Assembly: GCA_951406725.2 (NCBI GenBank)
Contig: OX597833.1
Span: 64,542,001 to 64,606,000, forward strand
Length of the DNA stretch: 64,000 nucleotides
Reading direction: 5' to 3'
From: Octopus vulgaris
Taxonomy: Eukaryota
Positions 55,692 to 64,000 of this stretch are shown here, one piece after another. The notes under the pieces were generated by a model. That model was not told the DNA's origin. It did not search any database and saw only the letters and a program-made list of their open reading frames with translations. Both the position numbers and the translations under genes were made by a program. The first letter of the stretch is position 1. Every line of letters starts with the position of its first letter.

Positions 55692-55884
55692 TTCTTCTTC
55701 TTCTTCTTCTTCTTCTTCTTCTTTTTCTCTGCCAAGAACTCACAACGATCTCGAACCCACAAGAGTAAACAAGAGAGACATAGACAGGCAGAAGGAAAAT
55801 GCCTCTTGAATTTGAATACTATGCAAATATTCTTTTAAAAAACTATTCATTTAATTTCTCCAAAATTTAATTGTTTTCCATACT

Positions 55885-56340
55885 TAGAGTTGAAACAAAA
55901 CATCCAGACAGACGATACAAAGAAAACAAGTACGGGTATTTCGGAGTTTTCTATCCTCAGTCGAGTTCCAGATTATCACTAAAATTTCGGCTGGTTATAC
56001 TCGACAGTGCTCCAATCTGGCCAGCCCCAAGGGAAAACTAAGCTAAGAGCATTAGATTCCTTGAAAGAAAGCAGCGAATGTCTATGAAAACAAGGAAGTA
56101 AAAAATAGAGAAATGTTACACAAATACAAATGCAATTAACAGGACATAACAACAGGTGTCTTTTGACTAAGGACGAATTAAATTAAGGTGGCGTACGTGG
56201 AAGTAAATCCTTACGGCAGGGACATATTATCTAACAGGCACAGGGAGGAATATAGATGTTGCACGGATGGTAGTCGAACCAAGGAAGGTCACGTGGGGAG
56301 AGAAGAGGGAGAGGTAGAGGCAGAAGAGTGTGTAAGATAT
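55885..56340 (-). mobile_element. Dispersed ~450-bp repeat with a hammerhead-like motif
   Basis: Related to 14905-15300; minus strand CTGAGGA-TAGAAAACTCC-GAAA-TAC-CC-GTA at 55960-55931. Confidence 0.5.
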
Positions 56341-56645
56341 TTGAGGACAGATTTATATAAATAAGTTCGAAATTATGCAGATAAATTCAAAACAAAATGA
56401 ATAAATAAGTATTATATTTGATGTGGCAATTTATATGTTAAACGATTAAATGCATTCGTCCGGCATAATCTACAACGCGTTTGAAGTGTAGGTGTTGTTC
56501 TCGCGAAGCACGGGTTTAAACTACTGAGGCATTCTACATCTTCCACCTCTAAGAATATGACAAATAAGTTAAAGAAACCCATCTTATTTTCGTTGTATTT
56601 CTTATGGTCATTTAAATATATTTGCTGTTGTTTAGTTTCTCTTGT

Positions 56646-57018
56646 GGTGGAAGCACACCGTCGGTTACGACAATGAGGGTTCCGGTTGATCCGAATCAAC
56701 GGAACAGCCTGCTCGTGAAATTAACGTGTAAGTGGCTGAGCACTCCACAAACACGTGTACCCTTAACGTAGTTCTCGAGGATATTCAGTGTGACACAGAG
56801 AGTGACAAGACCGGCCCTTTGAAATACAGGTACAACAGAAACAGGAAGTAAGAGTGAGAGAAAGTTGTGGTGAAAGAGTACATCAGGGATCACCACCATC
56901 CCCTGCCGGAGCCTCTTGGAGCTTTAGGTGTTTTCGCTCAATAAACATTCACAACGCCCGGTCTGGGAATCGAAACCGCGAGTCCGCTGCCCTAACCACT
57001 AGGCCATTGCGCCTCCAC
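56646..57018 (-). mobile_element. SINE family C, tail type 2, with 12-bp TSD
   Basis: Near-identical to 54311-54692; TSD AGTTTCTCTTGT at 56634-56645 and 57019-57030. Confidence 0.9.
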
Positions 57019-57624
57019 AGTTTCTCTTGTAATATCTTAAATTAAAAGTCAGCGCCGAACTAGTTGACTTACATAAAGGGTCATACCAGTCGTTATCAAC
57101 CCTTATATTATTTTTCCTGCTCTGTGATTTAAATTGAGATTAGTTCGATCAAGAAGAATATTATTTTGTCCAGTATTGATATTCTGTTATAAACCATCGT
57201 TTTCACGTGGCTTGTTTTAGCTATTTGTGTGAACCAGTGCCCTAACAGGCTAAATGCTTTACTTAAATTACTAAAATATTCGAAGACATATAAAATGAAA
57301 TTATACTGAACCTTGGCCCATCATCAACCGTGTTTCTGTTGAATAAAAATAGAAAGGAAATGTTTAGTCATATTCTAACCGCAACGCTGATATTTTAGAA
57401 TACGTGTTTTAAATGAAATTATTTTACCGGATTCAAATATTCTATATCTAAAAAAATTTATCACCACTCTAAACATACAGCCCTTTCGTAACAACATCTT
57501 GTCTTCTATCTTTCAGTTCCAGGCTCATAAACATCCCCAAGTGGGCGCTATAACAGGAGGGTTGAAACCTGAACTGAAATCATAAAACATCAATGTACCA
57601 GACTTCATTTATATACAATGTCTA

Positions 57625-58624
<1,000 letters not shown>

Positions 58625-58940
58625 ATGACCAGTCTCACACGTCACAACCTCCAAGATCCCTTATATAATTTCAGCAGTGGCATTGTATCGAAATATATCA
58701 TATAATATATTCATATTAGTATGCAATGTCGGGGTTCTCTTCTTTCTGCAATACCAAATATTGGCTTCAGTCTATAGAATAAATAATCCGTCCACTAAAT
58801 AACCTAAACATCAAAAGACTACTTACAGACAAACGTGTTAGTAACGTAATTGTAACTGATGTAATTACTGACTGTAGCAGTTATGAAATCGCTTAGAAAT
58901 ACCTACAAATTATATACATATGTATATATATGTATGTATG

Positions 58941-59007
<67 letters not shown>

Positions 59008-59028
59008 ATATATATATATGTATGTATA

Positions 59029-59089
<61 letters not shown>

Positions 59090-59167
59090 CACATATATAT
59101 GTATATATACACGTATATATACAGAAAGGCGTATATATATGTACCCATATAACGATACATATCCTTA

Positions 59168-59231
<64 letters not shown>

Positions 59232-59365
59232 CATATATATATACATATATGTATATACACACACATATATATATACACAAAGGCATATATATATATATAT
59301 ATACCCATATAAAGATACATATACTTATCTATATATCTGTGTGTGTATTTATATATATATGTATG

Positions 59366-59399
<34 letters not shown>

Positions 59400-59685
59400 A
59401 ATATATATATATATATACACGTATGCACCCGTGTTTGTGTTTGTGTCTGTGTGAGTGAAGTGTTTATCTGACAACGCTAAAAGATTAAAAGACGTTCTGT
59501 TAAGGTGGTAAGAAGCAGAGATTTCGGCTAAAGTAAGCAACTGTTCGAGATAATATCATTACTCGCTGGCTTCTTCTACTTCTCGAAAGAGCTGGCAATA
59601 GTCCCGCTCGGAGAGAAAAAAAGCTAGAAGTTAAATTATACAGTTTCCCGATAATTGATTGGACATACATACATACATACATACA

Positions 59686-59721
<36 letters not shown>

Positions 59722-59843
59722 TGTGTGGGTGTCTGTGTGTGTATGTATATATATATATATATATATATGTGAGTGTGTGTGTGTGTATATATATGTATGT
59801 ATATGTATATATTTATGTATATATATGTATGTCTATATATACA

Positions 59844-59885
<42 letters not shown>

Positions 59886-59892
59886 TATATAT

Positions 59893-59938
<46 letters not shown>

Positions 59939-59984
59939 GTGTGTATTAAAAAATATATGTATGTATATGTATGTATATGTATAC

Positions 59985-60366
59985 GCTGCTAACCAACCAC
60001 ATGGTTCCGGGTTCAGTCTCACTGCGTGGCACCTTGGGCAAGTGTCTTCTACTATAGCCCCGGGCCGACCAATGCCTTGTGAAATGATTTGGTAGACGGA
60101 AACTGAAAGAAGCCTATCGTATATATGTATATATATGTGTGTGTATGTGTTTGTGTGTCTGTGTTTGTCTCCCAAGCATTGCTTGACAACCTTTGCTGAT
60201 GTGTTTACGTCCTCGTCACTTAGCGGTTCGGCAAAAAGAGACCGATAGAATAAGTACTGGGCTTACAAAGAATAAGTCATGGGGGTCAATTTGCTCGACT
60301 AAAAGGTGGTGCTCCAGCATGGCCACAGTCAAATGACTGAAACAAGTAAAAGAGTAAAAAGAGAGT
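59985..60366 (+). mobile_element. SINE family A, slightly 5'-truncated
   Basis: From TGCTAACCAACCAC to GTAAAAGAGTAAAA tail. Confidence 0.88.
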
Positions 60367-60671
60367 ATGTAATTATGTATGTATATACAATTTTTAGATC
60401 TTGTCATGGTCACCTTACGTATAAGGAAATATCAAATGGTATAGCTGTTTATTAGAAATACATCGTGACCAGAAGTATCATGTCCGGATATGTCGTACCA
60501 TCATCAGACGAAAAATAATTCAAAATCACATGATTGTTGATATTGCTGATATTACGTTCTACGTTTCTTGATATGTCAATAAGCATAGGATTACATATTC
60601 GTATTAGTTTTTGGGGGATTGTGTCCTTGCCCTTGATTGTGTTCTGGCAGAATATAAATATAAATGATCAA

Positions 60672-61090
60672 TAGGCCCGTTTTAAAGCCTAGCCAGGATC
60701 ATGGGTCTGGGTTTCCCGGTCTCTATGGCGTATTTGCTCCCCAGCTGGATGGGACGCCAGTCCATCTCAGCGTTACTCACTTTTGCCATCTGAGTGGACT
60801 GGAGCAATGTGAAATGAAGTGTTTTGCTCAAGAACACAACGTGTCGCCCAGCTGAGTGGACTGGAGCAATGTGAAATGAAGTGTTTTGCTCAAGAACACA
60901 ACGCTGACACCCTTACCACTAAGCCATGCGCCTCCAGTAATAAATGCGCCCTTTTAAAGCCTAGCCATGCACATGGGCCTTGTTTCCCGGTTCTATGGCG
61001 TATGTGTTCCGCAGCTTGGCGAGACGCCAGTCCATCGCACAATCTTACGATTATGATGCTGACACCCTAACCACTAAGCCACGCGCCTCC
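60672..61090 (-). mobile_element. Two rearranged tandem copies of a SINE with CORE-like and V-like modules (family G)
   Basis: Heads GGAGGCGC(A/G)TGGCTTAGTGGT ending at 60935 and 61090; GATGGACTGGCGTC motif twice; an internal duplication of about 52 bp at 60790 and 60852. Confidence 0.75.
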
Positions 61091-63827
61091 TCTTCCAGCA
61101 GGATATGGCTGGTATAAATGCTAATACATTATGGTAGTCCCAGGTGTAATGCAGCCTCGTGTAAGGGCGTTTTGGCGAACGGAATCTGCATAAACGCTGG
61201 TTGGACGATCTGTATTTGTAAGTTAATTTCGGCTCAAATACATGAAATATGAAAACAACAGACCGATCACTTCCATCGATTCTAAGTACATGACCGGTAG
61301 CTTCTTTTAAGGAGCAATACGGCGTGAAAGGCAAGAGATAATTGTGTCATACTGTAAATCATAAGCGAAATGTTATATGGAAAGGAGTAGGAGATGCATT
61401 AAACCGAATTTAAGAAAGTGTACTTGGTTATACCTGAAGGGATATGGTGCGGTGGTTACAGAATAAGGCTCACACTCATGAGGTAGTGACTTCAATTCCT
61501 GAACCCGGCTGTGTGTTCTGTTCTTGAGCAAGACATTTTATATGTACACATTGATACATGCTCTAACACACATAGAATAATAATAAATGCTAGAAATAGT
61601 TCCATTTATCTACCTTTCATCTGCCTACCCACACTAAACTGTCTCAGAAACGGAGTACTTCATTCCATAATCATTTCTTTATTGCCCACAGGAGAGGACT
61701 AAACACAGAGAGGACAAACAAGGACATACGAAGGGATTAAGTTGATTACATCGACCTCAGTGCGTAACTGGTACTTATTTAATCGACCCGAAGGACTTCG
61801 AAGTCGCTGGAAATGGAGACCTCCAGGTCCAAATTCTTGAACGGCCGTTGTTGTTTGTGAAAGGTTTGCTCTTATTTTCAATGTATCTGGGATAAAGTAA
61901 TAACAGGTATTGTTTGTAATTTTATTAAGCGTATTATTTAAACGTTGCTTGGCTACTATATCGAACGGGTCAGAACCCACGTATACTCATCTTAACGTTT
62001 CTTTTCTTCACCTACACTTGTACCGAGGTCAGAACGAATCGCGATGACTTGGTCTGATATTTGAGAAGCCAAAATTATTTATTTGATAATTGACTCAGCT
62101 TTACTCACCCTTGGTCGAAATAAGTAAATATTTAAACAGCATTTATATATAATATATTTCCATCGTCTAGGACTACTGCCAAATTTGCCATAATCGTAAA
62201 ACATATTTCTAACAAGAACATTATAATGAGCGTGTCTGTCCAGCTTTTATACGTATTCGGTGCTTGGCATTTCATGACACGAATCAAAATTTTCTATGGC
62301 CTAAATTATAACCTTCTACTAACACCTATTAAGAATTTATATTGGTGCCAATTAACACCGGGAACTTCAAAACAGTTTGGTAAGTCAAATATTGATTTTG
62401 TAAAAAAAAAAAAATGATAATAAAGCATAAGAAATATAATAAATAAATAAACAAGATGGTTAACTATTTTGCAAGAGAATTTTACGTTTGCTTGTGATCT
62501 TCCAGGTGAGTGTTTTCTCTTCAATTTTATTAATTTTTTTGTTTTTTTATATCATTTTAAGTTTTTGTATTGTTTTTTTTTACCTGAAAATTGCTCCTAC
62601 TTGTTTTTCAATTTTAATTTCTTTCTTTTTTAATTGTTTCTAATTGTTTTTAGCACAACTCTTCTTCCTATTTCTAGAATAAGGGTTTATCATGATCCTT
62701 GAATAATTTCTGAATCTTTTACAAACGTATCTTACAGGGTAACGTAATTAATTCTGAGAGAAAGACAGCGAAGCAGAGAGAGAGAGAGAGAGAGAGAAGA
62801 GGGTAAGGAGAGTGAGGTAAGGAGAGTGAGAAGGGAAAAAAGAGGGGGAGGGAGATCGTAGAAAGAGAGGGAGAGAGAAGAGAGTTAGGAGATTAGATAA
62901 TAAAGGAAAGAACACGAAATAGAGAATGCGGAAGAGAGAGGCAGGAGGGACAAGGAAATGAAAGGGAGAGAGAGAGAAACAGAGAGAGAGACAGAGACAG
63001 ACAGACAGACAGAGAAAGCGGGGGATAGAAATGGAAATACGGAGCTCCAATACGTGACAGATAATTTATGTATCGGTTCCGAAATGTTGAATAATAAAGC
63101 TGACCGCGGTGGGGATATGAACGTACACCCGTACACTGAAGAAACCCTGAACAAAGACACCCCCAAAAATAATCTCCTAACCTTCTGAGGACATTTCTTG
63201 CTAAACAGCCATCCGTCTCTGCGAGAGATTTCTTAGTTTCTCGGTGATGTCGTAGAAGTCTTTTTTACGTCATTTAATAATCTCCTGGTAATAATGTTCA
63301 CAGGTAATTAGCAAAAAACTATTTTGCTGTTCTGTTCACACCTAACTTCATATATTTTTCACGTCCATTAGTTAGCGTTAAAAAACTGGAAGCCATTTTA
63401 TATGGTTGCATGGTATGCGAGGAATGACAGTGAAATTTCTTTCACACTGCATCATGCTCTTTGAAAACACGTGATGGTGATTATATTTGGCTTTGAGCAA
63501 TCGGGTCCTAGATATACAAACCGGTAGAATAATGTTTAACTCAGGACAGATCAGTTACTACACACCTGGGGTTAAACCACAATCAGATAACCGCTACATT
63601 CAGAGTGCATCTATAAAAATCGATTCACCAGCCGATTGATTTCTCTGTATTGCGATATGTTAGAAATAACTGGCAAATTTCCCTTAAAATATGCGTCTTA
63701 AATAAACTATTGGATTAGTTGGACTGCGTTTAGGGGAAACGCAAGATATACACGTGATTAAAGTTCTGCCCACTGAGTTTAAACTGGCGTCAAATAACTT
63801 GAAAAAAAGGTAAAAAAACACATATTA

Positions 63828-64000
63828 AACAAGAGCCCTCAGAATGCGCAAACCTCCGCCGAGGCAATACCGACGTCCTCTCAGCGATTAGCGGAAGATG
63901 ATTTTAAATGAGAATATCTGAAATAAACTCGACTGCTCTCACAAACGAGAATACTAAAAATTGAATCCGACCACTCTCAAAATCTAAGTAAAAAAATCGG
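63828..64000 (+). mobile_element. Helentron/HINE-like element, runs off the window end
   Basis: Same family as 24215-24430. Confidence 0.55.

Noticed and set aside
61130-61215. Minus-strand KTPLHEAAL, ankyrin-like
   Set aside because: Only one short motif followed by a stop within a few codons; compatible with chance.

Overview
AT-rich eukaryotic DNA packed with microsatellites and transposon debris. The SINE complement and the extreme (TA)n/(TATG)n/(GATA)n load suggest an octopus-type cephalopod genome (inference, no database check). No intact protein-coding gene is evident, and almost all long ORFs in the track are translations of microsatellites. Supportable content: (i) dozens of copies of several tRNA-derived SINE families that share heads but differ in bodies and tails; (ii) fragments of R4/Dong-type RLE LINEs, RTE and L1/Tx1-like LINEs and Penelope-like elements (PLE); (iii) mariner remnants and a mariner fold-back; (iv) a ~3.2-kb Helitron with duplicated PIF1-helicase fragments, a 382-bp non-autonomous Helitron and Helentron/HINE-like pieces. 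The most interesting signals are several short elements beside (TA)n tracts that carry minimal type I hammerhead ribozyme motifs (retrozyme/PLE-like, best at 30456-30495), SINE multimers sharing one junction, and a chimeric RTE insertion inside a single 9-bp TSD. A few weak minus-strand exon candidates are noted but not established.
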